Source: Clostridiales bacterium (GTDB lineage: Bacteria > Bacillota > Clostridia > Caldicoprobacterales > UBA3941). From it: 64,000 bases of DNA. The stretch lies in the NCBI GenBank assembly GCA_012518075.1, contig JAAYTG010000080.1:23048-87047 (forward strand), in the 5' to 3' direction. A model generated the notes under the pieces. That model ran no database searches. It was not told the origin of the DNA and was given only the letters and a program-made list of their open reading frames with translations. This document shows, one piece after another, positions 38,540 to 47,696 of the stretch. The position numbers and the translations under genes are program-made. Position 1 is the first letter of the stretch, and every line of letters starts with the position of its first letter.

Positions 38540-41500
38540 TTATTCAACCGCTTTAAGTGCTTCCACCATATCGATATCTTGGAGCTTTCTATGGGTAATT
38601 AGCATAACTATAAGTGAAAAAGCTAGGGTCAGGGCAGTGGATAGAATATAGCTACTGAGCTTAACTGCAGGATCCATCATAATGTTGGCAGGAGGAAGAG
38701 CTGTAAGAACAAAGTCATGGAGCAGTAAACCAAAACCATAGCCAATGGAAATCCCTATTGCAGTCAACAGCATAGTTTCCCTATATACGTAAGCAGTTAC
38801 CTCTTGGGGATAAAAACCAAGAACCATTATTGTGGATAATTCCCTAACCCGTTCAGAAACATTAATATTGGTTAAGTTATAAAGGACCACCATGGCTAGC
38901 AAAGAAGAAGCTAGAATAATGACTAGGACCACAATATCCAAGGCTTTCATAAGCTCCCGAATTATATCGCTAGATACATTTTTATTAATGGCACTCAAAA
39001 CTACATCTTTGTTGAGCATATCCTGGGTAAATTGGGTGGTAGCTTCATTGCTTTTTTCATTGAGCAAAAGGTAATCACAGTTTTTAGCATAGGTTTTTTC
39101 AAAGATTTCTTCATAATAATCCTTGGTCATATACAAGTAATGGCCAGCGTAATTTTCAGCAATTCCAGAAATTTCAATTTGCCTAAACTTTCCATCATTA
39201 TCTTTGAATTTCAGCCTGTCGCTTATATCTAAGTCAAGAAGACTGGCCAGCTTTTCTGTAATAACAGCACCCTTATTAAGTTTAATTTCATCTTGACTTT
39301 CCCTTTCTATCAGGGGATTAATTTTTTGGAAACCCTTCTCGTCCTCAGGTACAACTATACTAAGGTCTTGATCTAGTTTATCCGGTATTTCTACTGTAGC
39401 CTGCTCCAAACGAGCCGGATAGACACTGGCAATACGCTTATCCTCTTTTAGCAGATTATTATAATCAAACAAATCCTCTGCTGGGGCACTGTCATTGATA
39501 ATCAAAATAGTATCATATTTGAAAAGTTTATCATACTGTTTACCGAGTATCCCGGTAACTGAATCCCTAATAGCAAAGCCCATAAAAATCAGAGCAGTGC
39601 AGCCTGTAACACCAAGGATGGTCATTATCATCCTTTTCTTGTAACGGAAGATATTGCGGGCAGTAACCTTATAATTAAAGGATAAACGTCGCCACAGCAG
39701 GGTAAATCGCTCTAATAAAACACGATTCCCATTCTTTGGAGCCTTCGGTCTAAGGAGAGTAGCAACATTATTATCCAAAGAAGATCTAGTTGTTACAAGG
39801 GTGACAAATCCCGTACAGAAAAGGCTAATAATCACAGCTATTAGATTGTATATAGGTGGAAGCAGCGGGAGAGGCTCTTTAAAGAGAAAATTCGAGGAGT
39901 ATGCAAAGAATACTATAGGCATAAGAAGTTTGTGAGCTCCAATAATGCCTATAATGCTTCCTATCAGGCTTGCGCAGCTTCCATATATCAAATACTTCTT
40001 AATAACAGCCCAGTTGGAATAGCCTAGTGCCTTCAAAGTTCCAATCTGCAACCGCTGCTCATCAACCATGCGGGTCATGGTGGTTAAGGAAACCAAAAGA
40101 GCTATAAGGAAGAAAAAGACTGGGAAGATATGGGATAGTAAATCCATGCTCTCAGAGTTCTCTATATATTGTGAAAAACCCATATCCTTATACGGATGAC
40201 TGACACTATAAGCTGGGATTTTTAGTCCTTCCAGGGCCTTTCGTGCCTTGCTTATATCTTTTTTTGCCTGCTCAATATCTTCTCGAGCTTCAGGCAACTT
40301 CTCCAGGTATTCATTCAATCCCTTTTCATACTCTTCCTCAGCTTCTAGAAGCTTGCTATAGGCATCCTCTAGTTCATTTTCACCTTTTAAGCGCTCTGAC
40401 GCAAGTTTGTTTTTAGCCTTCTTTAATTCGGACATTCCATTTTCATATTCTACTTGGCCTGCAGCCAGATCTTCCTGCGCCTTTTTTAGCTGTGTTTCTC
40501 CTTGGTTGACTTGCCTGCGACCACTTTCCAGCTCAGCAAGTCCTTCTTCATATTCCATTTTTTTTAATTCAAGGTTGGCAATTTCCTGATCTAGCTTTTT
40601 TTGGCTAATATCTAGCAGGGTGGAGGCTTCATCCAGTTGGGATATACCGGCCAACACTTTCTCCTTTTGGCTTAAGAGGTCTTTGTGTTGACCTTCAAGC
40701 TCAGCTTTATTTTTAAGAGACTCTTCTTTACTTTCCAAAAGCTTTCTTTGCTCTCCTGCCAGCTCATCTTTTGCTCCTATAATATTGTTTTTCTCTAATT
40801 GAAGACCAGTGAGGGAGGCTTCAATTTGGCTAATTTCTATAATTATATTATCCAATTCAGCCTTCAGTTCGGGTCTGGGATTATCTTTGAGTTTTAATTC
40901 CAATTGAGTTTTCCTATCCATTAAAACCGTTAGTTGCTCATTTGAGCTAAGAATTAACGTGTCTACATCATTTAGTTGACTTTCCAAAAACGATGTTTGG
41001 GCTGACAGCTGGGATAAGGCCTCATAAATGGAATTCAGACCTTTATTTACATCAGTTAAGGAATTCTCTAGCATTTTTATACCTTGGTTAAGGGCAGCTA
41101 GACTTTCATCAGGTTTTAGTAAATCCATCTTCTCTTTTAGCTCAGATCTAGCTTGATTAATTTCTTTTTGTACAGATTCCAGGCGAGCTTTACCCTGGTC
41201 AAGTTGTAGCTTAGCCTTAGCTAGTTGGGCCTCCCCTTGAGACAATTCAGCTTTGGATTGGCTTAATTCTTGCTCACCCTCTACAATCTCTGTATATCCA
41301 TAATCCAGTTTATCCTTGGTCTTTTGCAATTCTGTCTCTGCTTTTGAAATTTGTAACTGGGCATCCTCAATCTCTTTGTCAAAGGTAGCTTTACCTTCCT
41401 CATAATCAGCCCAGGCCTTGTCTAGTTTATCCCTTGCATCATCCAGTTCCACTTGGGCATTGAGAAGTTCCTGCGTAGCTTCGGATATTTCCTCTTCAGC

Positions 41501-42286
41501 AGAGGAAATATCTCTATTCCCTTCTTGAAGGTATTTATTTAGTCTTGCTTCTGGACGGGAGGCAAGGAGTTCCTCAACCTCCTTAACATGTAAATTCATC
41601 ATTTGCCTATATTGGGATGAATACTTACTTTCCTTTTGTACATCATCAAAAGTGAGTCTGGCTAGACTATAGTTTTCCATATTAAAATCATCTTCAAGGA
41701 TTACACCAAAAAAGTCCACAACTCCAGTACCTATGGGGGAGCTTCCTTTTTCGTAAGGTGTAAGGTATTCTGGAGAATTTATAAAGCCAACTATAACAAA
41801 ATTATAATCTTTCAAATTGTAATTGTCTTCATCTTTTTCAGGAAGAAATGAGATCTGATCCCCAACTCTGTAGCCTTCCTCTGCCATAAGCTCATCTAAA
41901 ACAATTTCTCCCCGCTTATCAGGCAGTCTGCCTTCTATAAGCTCATAACCTGGTAGTTGGCCAAGAGACTCAATGCGAACTACCATATATGAATCATCTA
42001 TCATCAAATCAGCACGGTAAGCGTAATCCAGTATTTCTACACCAGAAATAGAGGCAAAGATTTCTTGGTCTTCCTTATCCAGACCAAAAGGAGAGGAAAC
42101 TGTCATATCTCCTAATCTATAAGTATTCGTATAGGTGAGAATGGTGTTTCGCATGGTGGGTCCCGTTACACTAAGGCCTACAAAAACAAATGAACCTAGA
42201 GCGATCATCATCATTATTGAAAGAAATCTAGTAATTGAAACTGTGAACTCTCTATAAATATCTTTATTTAAAGCTCTTATTCTCAT
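38540..42286 (-). CDS. Fused double FtsX/MacB-type ABC permease (8 TM) with ~460-aa coiled-coil insert in the first extracytoplasmic domain
   Basis: 1248 aa. Order is TM1, ectodomain with heptad-rich E/K/Q/L region (about aa 225-688), 3 TM, TM5, second ectodomain, 3 TM. Directly downstream of an ABC ATPase. Confidence 0.8.
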   Translation of the reverse strand: MRIRALNKDIYREFTVSITRFLSIMMMIALGSFVFVGLSVTGPTMRNTILTYTNTYRLGDMTVSSPFGLDKEDQEIFASISGVEILDYAYRADLMIDDSYMVVRIESLGQLPGYELIEGRLPDKRGEIVLDELMAEEGYRVGDQISFLPEKDEDNYNLKDYNFVIVGFINSPEYLTPYEKGSSPIGTGVVDFFGVILEDDFNMENYSLARLTFDDVQKESKYSSQYRQMMNLHVKEVEELLASRPEARLNKYLQEGNRDISSAEEEISEATQELLNAQVELDDARDKLDKAWADYEEGKATFDKEIEDAQLQISKAETELQKTKDKLDYGYTEIVEGEQELSQSKAELSQGEAQLAKAKLQLDQGKARLESVQKEINQARSELKEKMDLLKPDESLAALNQGIKMLENSLTDVNKGLNSIYEALSQLSAQTSFLESQLNDVDTLILSSNEQLTVLMDRKTQLELKLKDNPRPELKAELDNIIIEISQIEASLTGLQLEKNNIIGAKDELAGEQRKLLESKEESLKNKAELEGQHKDLLSQKEKVLAGISQLDEASTLLDISQKKLDQEIANLELKKMEYEEGLAELESGRRQVNQGETQLKKAQEDLAAGQVEYENGMSELKKAKNKLASERLKGENELEDAYSKLLEAEEEYEKGLNEYLEKLPEAREDIEQAKKDISKARKALEGLKIPAYSVSHPYKDMGFSQYIENSESMDLLSHIFPVFFFLIALLVSLTTMTRMVDEQRLQIGTLKALGYSNWAVIKKYLIYGSCASLIGSIIGIIGAHKLLMPIVFFAYSSNFLFKEPLPLLPPIYNLIAVIISLFCTGFVTLVTTRSSLDNNVATLLRPKAPKNGNRVLLERFTLLWRRLSFNYKVTARNIFRYKKRMIMTILGVTGCTALIFMGFAIRDSVTGILGKQYDKLFKYDTILIINDSAPAEDLFDYNNLLKEDKRIASVYPARLEQATVEIPDKLDQDLSIVVPEDEKGFQKINPLIERESQDEIKLNKGAVITEKLASLLDLDISDRLKFKDNDGKFRQIEISGIAENYAGHYLYMTKDYYEEIFEKTYAKNCDYLLLNEKSNEATTQFTQDMLNKDVVLSAINKNVSSDIIRELMKALDIVVLVIILASSLLAMVVLYNLTNINVSERVRELSTIMVLGFYPQEVTAYVYRETMLLTAIGISIGYGFGLLLHDFVLTALPPANIMMDPAVKLSSYILSTALTLAFSLIVMLITHRKLQDIDMVEALKAVE

Positions 42287-42292
42287 AAAAAC

Positions 42293-43015
42293 CTACCATT
42301 CTATATCATCAATTGAAGCAGGATGCTTGTTTAGTGTTATTCTTCGTACCTTAGCATCATTAATTTCGATTACACGGTCGGCAATAGGTGTAATCGCCTG
42401 GTTATGGGTTATTACAATAACAGTTGTTCCAGTGTCCCTGCAGGTATTCTGTAGAAGTTCCAGAATTGCTTTACCGGTTCTATAATCTAGGGCACCTGTA
42501 GGCTCGTCAGCTAAAAGTATTTTTGGGCTCTTTGCCAGTGCCCGGGCAACTGCTACTCGTTGTTGCTCTCCACCAGAAAGTTGGGCAGGAAAATTGTTTA
42601 ATCGATGACCAAGGCCAACACTTTCTAAAACTTCATTAGCATCCTTGGCCTTTGGTACAATTTGGGATGATAGCTCCACATTTTCCAAGGCCGTCAAATT
42701 TGGCAATAAGTTATAGAACTGAAAAACAAATCCAACATCCAATCTTCGATACTTTATGAGCTCTTTACTAGTAAGCTTGGCTATATCTTTTCCATCTACA
42801 ATTACCTTTCCTTCATCACAGGTATCCATACCTCCTAGAATATTAAGTATGGTTGATTTGCCAGCACCTGAAGGGCCGACTATAACTACAAATTCACTCT
42901 TTTGAATCTCAAAACTTATTCCATTATTAGCTACAATAACTGTGTTGCCCATTCTATATCGTTTATAGCATTCCACTACTTTTATAAAGGCCATAATATT
43001 AACATCAACTCCCAT
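42293..43015 (-). CDS. ABC transporter ATP-binding protein (MacB/LolD-type)
   Basis: Walker [10 protein letters not shown], signature [15 protein letters not shown], Walker [12 protein letters not shown]. The true start may be the ATG at 42994 ([13 protein letters not shown]). Confidence 0.9.
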   Translation of the reverse strand: MGVDVNIMAFIKVVECYKRYRMGNTVIVANNGISFEIQKSEFVVIVGPSGAGKSTILNILGGMDTCDEGKVIVDGKDIAKLTSKELIKYRRLDVGFVFQFYNLLPNLTALENVELSSQIVPKAKDANEVLESVGLGHRLNNFPAQLSGGEQQRVAVARALAKSPKILLADEPTGALDYRTGKAILELLQNTCRDTGTTVIVITHNQAITPIADRVIEINDAKVRRITLNKHPASIDDIEW

Positions 43016-43039
43016 AGGTCCATTCCACGCATAAGTTTT

Positions 43040-43477
43040 TTATAGTTGATTCTCCTTATTCTTCATTACTTCCATAGAAAGTTCTATTAGTCGATTCAAC
43101 TCGATAACATTTTCTTCGCCTAGGCCTTCTACCAGGACATCAAAATAGTTATTTATTCTCTCTTGTTTTTCCTTGATAAAAGATTCCCCATTAGATGTTA
43201 GTTTTACACACATTCGACGTCGATCTTTTTCAGAGATGTTCATTTTAACATACCCTTTTTTCCTTAGAGAGGCTAGAGCATGGGTGATTCGGGGTCTTGA
43301 CACATGAAGTTTATCACTCAATTCTGATGGATTGACATCTCCATGGGGATTCTTTATAAGGTATAAGAGTATTTGTATTTTATCTTGCAAAAAAACAGCA
43401 AGTACACTAAAAACCTTCATCTCATACATGTCAGACAGAGACTTTGTCAAAGTATTTCTTAACTTAATCTTATCCAT
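43040..43477 (-). CDS. MarR family transcriptional regulator
   Basis: Winged-helix core LSDKLHVSRPRITHALASLRKKGYV. Start moved to ATG 43477, 6 nt after GGAGG; the track TTG at 43507 lies in the leader. Confidence 0.8.
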   Translation of the reverse strand: MDKIKLRNTLTKSLSDMYEMKVFSVLAVFLQDKIQILLYLIKNPHGDVNPSELSDKLHVSRPRITHALASLRKKGYVKMNISEKDRRRMCVKLTSNGESFIKEKQERINNYFDVLVEGLGEENVIELNRLIELSMEVMKNKENQL

Positions 43478-43500
43478 TATTACCTCCGGGAAAAATAGTT

Positions 43501-43555
43501 TAAACAATTAATTATTAACATTGTTTATTATATTCGCTTTTGGGTATTTTTGCAA
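43501..43555 (-). promoter_or_regulatory. Promoter of the MarR-ABC operon with inverted repeat over the transcription-start region
   Basis: Minus strand: TTGCAA (43555-43550), 17-nt spacer, TATAAT (43532-43527), then IR TAAACAAT-N11-ATTGTTTA (43527-43501). Confidence 0.6.
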
Positions 43556-43643
43556 TACTTATCTCTTTATTATTTTAAGTATCTTGAAAGAATGGATTCT
43601 TGCCGGTCTAATCTAGAGATAGCTTAATCTAAGGATAGCTTAT

Positions 43644-43673
43644 AATAAAAAAGGACTGCCAAAGCAGTCCCTT
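43644..43673 (-). terminator. Rho-independent terminator after the acyl-CoA synthetase gene
   Basis: Minus strand reads AAGGGACTGC TTTG GCAGTCC TTTTTT immediately after the stop. Confidence 0.7.
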
Positions 43674-43676
43674 CTT

Positions 43677-45329
43677 TTACTTACCATCTTTATCTCTAAT
43701 CTCCACCCTGCGGATTTTGCCGCTTATGGTCTTGGGCAGTTCGTCCACAAAGTCCACAATCCTGGGATATTTATAAGGAGCTGTTACTCTTTTAACGTGA
43801 TCTTGGAGCTCCACCTTCAGTTCTTCGCTTGCCTTATAGCCCTTCGCTAGAACAACCGTGGCTTTTACCACTTGACCCCGTATGGGATCGGGAACTGCAG
43901 TTATAGCACATTCCAGAACAGCAGGATGTTCTATAAGTGCGCTTTCCACCTCAAAAGGGCCTATCCGGTAGCCAGAGCTCTTGATAACGTCATCCGCTCT
44001 ACCAACAAACCAATAGTAGCCGTCTTCATCACGCCAAGCCATATCCCCAGTATAATAGATTCCATCACGCCATACATTTTTGGTCATCTCGGGATCCCTA
44101 TAGTATCCGTCGAACATTCCAAGGGGTTTGTCTTTGTGTGTACGGATGATTATTTGCCCCTCTTCACCTATATCGCAGGAATTGCCTTCTTCATCTATGA
44201 TATCTATATCATAACCAGGAGCGGGCTTTCCCATGGAGCCGGGCTTGGCTTTCATCCAGGGGAAGTTTGCTAAAACCACAACTAACTCGGTTTGCCCGTA
44301 TCCTTCCATTAGTTTTATTCCTGTCATTTGAAGGAATTGATTATAAACTTCCGGATTTAGAGGTTCACCGGCTACTACACAGTATTCTAAGGATTCTAAG
44401 TTATATTGAGAGATATCTTCATTAATAAGGAACCTGTATATGGTAGGAGGAGCACAAAAGGAGCTTATCTTAAATTTCTCTATGGTCTCGAGCATCCTTT
44501 GAGGATTGAATTTGTCGAAATCATATACAAATACCGCACTACCGCCAATCCATTGTCCATAGATTTTACCCCACATGGCCTTAGCCCAACCGGTGTCTGC
44601 AACGGTTAGATGGAGTCCTCCATCTATAACATTTTGCCAGTATTTTGCCGTTATTATATGGCCTAGGGGATAGGTAAAGTTATGTTGAACCATCTTGGGT
44701 TGTCCGGTGGTTCCTGAAGTAAAGTATAGAAGGGAAATATCCTCATTACTAGTAGCTTCTTCATCTATAGGTCTATGGAATGATGCGCTAGCCTTTTCGA
44801 TTTCAGAATCAAAATCTAACCAACCGGTCCGAGATCCCCCCACTAGTACCTTTTTCTTTAGGGACGGGGATTCTTTCTCTGAGTCTTCGATATGTTGTAT
44901 AACTTCCTCTTCATTTACTGATATTATCATCTTTATATCTGCAGCTCTATTTCGATAAACAATATCATTGGTAGTCAATAGATGGGTAGCTGGTATGGAG
45001 ATAGCCCCTAATTTATGTAGGGCTAGCAGGCAAAACCAAAATTCATATCTTCTCTTCAAGATAAGCATAACGGGATCACCTTTTTTTATGCCCGCCTCCT
45101 TAAAAAAGTTAGCTGCCTTATCACTATAGTATTTTAAGTCCTTAAAGTTAAAGACTTTGGTCTCTCCGTTGTCATTATACCACACTATAGCAGTGCTATC
45201 AGGCTTTGTTTGAGCCAGTTGGTCAACAACGTCATAGGCGAAATTAAAATTTTCTGGCACTTTTATATGAAAGTTCTCCAAAAAATCTTGGTAGGAATCA
45301 AATTCTCTGTCTACAAAGTTCTTTAGCAT
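43677..45329 (-). CDS. AMP-forming acyl-CoA synthetase (medium-chain/ACSM-like)
   Basis: AMP-binding signature [41 protein letters not shown]-terminal SGKIRR. Confidence 0.85.
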   Translation of the reverse strand: MLKNFVDREFDSYQDFLENFHIKVPENFNFAYDVVDQLAQTKPDSTAIVWYNDNGETKVFNFKDLKYYSDKAANFFKEAGIKKGDPVMLILKRRYEFWFCLLALHKLGAISIPATHLLTTNDIVYRNRAADIKMIISVNEEEVIQHIEDSEKESPSLKKKVLVGGSRTGWLDFDSEIEKASASFHRPIDEEATSNEDISLLYFTSGTTGQPKMVQHNFTYPLGHIITAKYWQNVIDGGLHLTVADTGWAKAMWGKIYGQWIGGSAVFVYDFDKFNPQRMLETIEKFKISSFCAPPTIYRFLINEDISQYNLESLEYCVVAGEPLNPEVYNQFLQMTGIKLMEGYGQTELVVVLANFPWMKAKPGSMGKPAPGYDIDIIDEEGNSCDIGEEGQIIIRTHKDKPLGMFDGYYRDPEMTKNVWRDGIYYTGDMAWRDEDGYYWFVGRADDVIKSSGYRIGPFEVESALIEHPAVLECAITAVPDPIRGQVVKATVVLAKGYKASEELKVELQDHVKRVTAPYKYPRIVDFVDELPKTISGKIRRVEIRDKDGK

Positions 45330-45346
45330 GTCGATGGTTCCTCCTT

Positions 45347-45901
45347 TTACATGATCAATGCAAGAAATTTAGCAGGTTTATCATTCAAAGCCTTCATACC
45401 GTGCTTATGACTGGAATCGTAGAAGATACAGTCTCCTTCTTCCAAAACAACCTCATGGCCGGCTATTAGTATCTTTAGGGTACCCTCCAAAACATAGTCA
45501 AACTCTTGACCTATATGGGAGTTTTGGGCTATGGGAGCATCCGGCGAGTCAGGCATTACTGTCACCAAAAAAGGCTCGGCCTTTTTGTGTGCAAAGTTAT
45601 AGGCCAGGCTTTGATAATCGTATTCCTTTCTTCTATTAACCTTGATGCCCTGGCCTTTACGCACTAAGGAATATATGTTGAGCTTTGGTTCATCACCCGT
45701 TAATATGGCGGTGAGCTCAACTTTGAATTTGTTTGATATTCCGTAGAGAACACTTACCGGTATGTCAGTTTCGCCTTTCTCATATGTACGGTACTCTTGA
45801 GGCGAGATGTTTAAATCCTGAGCAAGTTCTTCTATGGTCAATCCATAAATCTCTCTCAGTTCCTTTATACGCATGGCAATTTGCTTGATCTGTTCTGACA
45901 T
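45347..45901 (-). CDS. XRE-family HTH regulator with C-terminal cupin domain
   Basis: N-terminal HTH ([32 protein letters not shown]) and C-terminal cupin ([21 protein letters not shown]). 17 nt upstream of the synthetase gene. Confidence 0.8.
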   Translation of the reverse strand: MSEQIKQIAMRIKELREIYGLTIEELAQDLNISPQEYRTYEKGETDIPVSVLYGISNKFKVELTAILTGDEPKLNIYSLVRKGQGIKVNRRKEYDYQSLAYNFAHKKAEPFLVTVMPDSPDAPIAQNSHIGQEFDYVLEGTLKILIAGHEVVLEEGDCIFYDSSHKHGMKALNDKPAKFLALIM

Positions 45902-46103
45902 TTATATTCTCCTTTCAAAATTATAGTTCAATATTATCTAAGGCTATTTAAGTCCTTGTGCTAGTTAGACTGATATTACCCCATAGGCATAATATTCCAT
46001 TGTCCAGTGAGAATATCCTTATAATGAATTTCAGCTGCAAACGAAGGTTCAAGGTCTCCTATCACAAGGCATTAATTGAATGTTTTCAGTATATACAAAC
46101 ATA

Positions 46104-46138
46104 ATAAAAAATGCAAGAATATCTGGATATTCTTGCAT
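46104..46138 (-). terminator. Rho-independent terminator for the small minus-strand ORF
   Basis: 13-bp inverted repeat ATGCAAGAATATC / GATATTCTTGCAT (46111-46138), followed on the minus strand by TTTTT. Confidence 0.7.
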
Positions 46139-46166
46139 TAAAACCTAAGGCTCTCTAAAACTTTTA

Positions 46167-46337
46167 TCATTCTTCTTCTTTGTAAGAATTATAAATCCTA
46201 ATGAGGAGCTCATCGATTTCATATTGGAGATTCCCTATCTGCTCTTGAATGCTTCCCTCGATTGTCTTTAGTTCTTCGAGGTATTCCTCTTTTTCTACAA
46301 GGGCGGCTTCAAGAAGGTTTACACTTATACTTTTCAT
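46167..46337 (-). CDS. Hypothetical 56-aa helical/coiled-coil protein (below the ORF-track cutoff)
   Basis: MKSISVNLLEAALVEKEEYLEELKTIEGSIQEQIGNLQYEIDELLIRIYNSYKEEE. RBS GGAGGG 9 nt upstream of the ATG, and its own terminator 30 nt downstream. Confidence 0.45.
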   Translation of the reverse strand: MKSISVNLLEAALVEKEEYLEELKTIEGSIQEQIGNLQYEIDELLIRIYNSYKEEE

Positions 46338-46497
46338 AATGCCTTGCCCTCCTTTTTATTGTTAGCTATATATACCCTCAACTGGGTCAGCTAAACACTT
46401 ATTGTTATATACTATGCTAATTGATTAATGTCTATGAACAAATTGCACTTATATTGATTATAGAAAGGTTTAGTGATAATATCTAAGTATCTTTCTT

Positions 46498-46527
46498 TGA
46501 AAGGATTTTCTATGAAAGGATTTTCTA
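46498..46527 (+). repeat. Perfect 15-bp tandem duplication spanning RBS and start codon
   Basis: TGAAAGGATTTTCTA at 46498-46512 and 46513-46527, then TGAAA. Produces MKGFS-MKGFS-MKK in the ORF. Confidence 0.85.
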
Positions 46528-47597
46528 TGAAAAAGAACAAATGGACACTAATCTATATAGTATTAAATATCTTTATAATTGTATTGATAGGCTTTATGGA
46601 CCCGGAGATTAAGGATCTGGACAAGATATTTGGCAAGGTGAAGCCTGCTTGGCTAGTGGTTGCAGTTGCTACCATGGTAGTATTTTGGATAATGGATGGG
46701 GCTATACTTAGCTATGGGATAAAACTGATATACAGGGGAAAGAGTTTTTGGAAATGTTTTAAGATTTCTATTATAGGCCAGTATTACAATGCCATTACTC
46801 CCTTTGCAAGTGGAGGACAGCCAGCACAAGTTTATTATATGAACATGATCGGAATACCTGGCGGATCCGCTAGCTCTATTTTAATGATAAAATTTTTGAT
46901 ATATCAAATAGTCCTTTCTATATTCAGCACTGTGGCTATAGTATGGAAGGGGATGACCATTTATAATTTTAATAGCTGGGTTTTCTGGTTCTCCATAGTG
47001 GGATTTGTTATTAACGCAGGAGCTATCATTCTGTTGGTTTTTTTGTCTATAAAGAAAGGCTTTGTTCAAGGACTCGTGTATAAAACAATAGATATGCTAA
47101 GTAGAATAAAACTGATAAAGAATTCAGAGAATACGAAGAAAAAACTTAAATCCCATGTGGAGGATTTTCACCATGGTATGAAACTAATGCAAGACAATTT
47201 AAAAGGTATGTTGCTTATGGGATTTATGACGGGCATACAATTAATTTGCTTTTTTTCTATCACATTTTTCATATATATGGCCTTAGGCTTAAAAGGCGAG
47301 AGCTGGCCAAATATTATATTTGTTCAAGCCCTGCTTTATTTAGCCGTTTCCTTTATTCCTACCCCAGGTGCTATGGGGGCCTCGGAAACAGGTTTTATGT
47401 CATTTTTTAGACTCTTTTTCCCCAGCAATCTTATATTTGTAGCCATGTTGTTATGGAGGATCATAAGCTACTATTTAAACATTCTATCAGGTATCCTAGT
47501 TATACTCTTTGATAGCATCAAGTATTCTGTATCTGGAGATAATGTAAGCTATGGAGCAAAGAAATTCATTGTTAAAAAACACATGGATGACATATGA
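46527..47597 (+). CDS. UPF0104 / LPG-synthase-TM (flippase-like) membrane protein
   Basis: About 8 TM helices, with IIGQYYNAITPFASGGQPAQVYYM typical of the family. The start could also be ATG 46512; the track GTG at 46473 is unlikely. Confidence 0.7.
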   Translation: MKKNKWTLIYIVLNIFIIVLIGFMDPEIKDLDKIFGKVKPAWLVVAVATMVVFWIMDGAILSYGIKLIYRGKSFWKCFKISIIGQYYNAITPFASGGQPAQVYYMNMIGIPGGSASSILMIKFLIYQIVLSIFSTVAIVWKGMTIYNFNSWVFWFSIVGFVINAGAIILLVFLSIKKGFVQGLVYKTIDMLSRIKLIKNSENTKKKLKSHVEDFHHGMKLMQDNLKGMLLMGFMTGIQLICFFSITFFIYMALGLKGESWPNIIFVQALLYLAVSFIPTPGAMGASETGFMSFFRLFFPSNLIFVAMLLWRIISYYLNILSGILVILFDSIKYSVSGDNVSYGAKKFIVKKHMDDI

Positions 47598-47696
47598 TAT
47601 GGGTGATGGTATGGTTCACTGACACCTTTTATGGGTATAGAGATATATATCAGTCAAATTTGAGTATTTTGGATAGAAGTATTCACGAAGGAGGCG

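Noticed and set aside
46167-46337. Possible Spo0E-family phosphatase identity for the 56-aa ORF
   Set aside because: Size and helical character fit, but the family's SQELD motif is absent. It is left as hypothetical.
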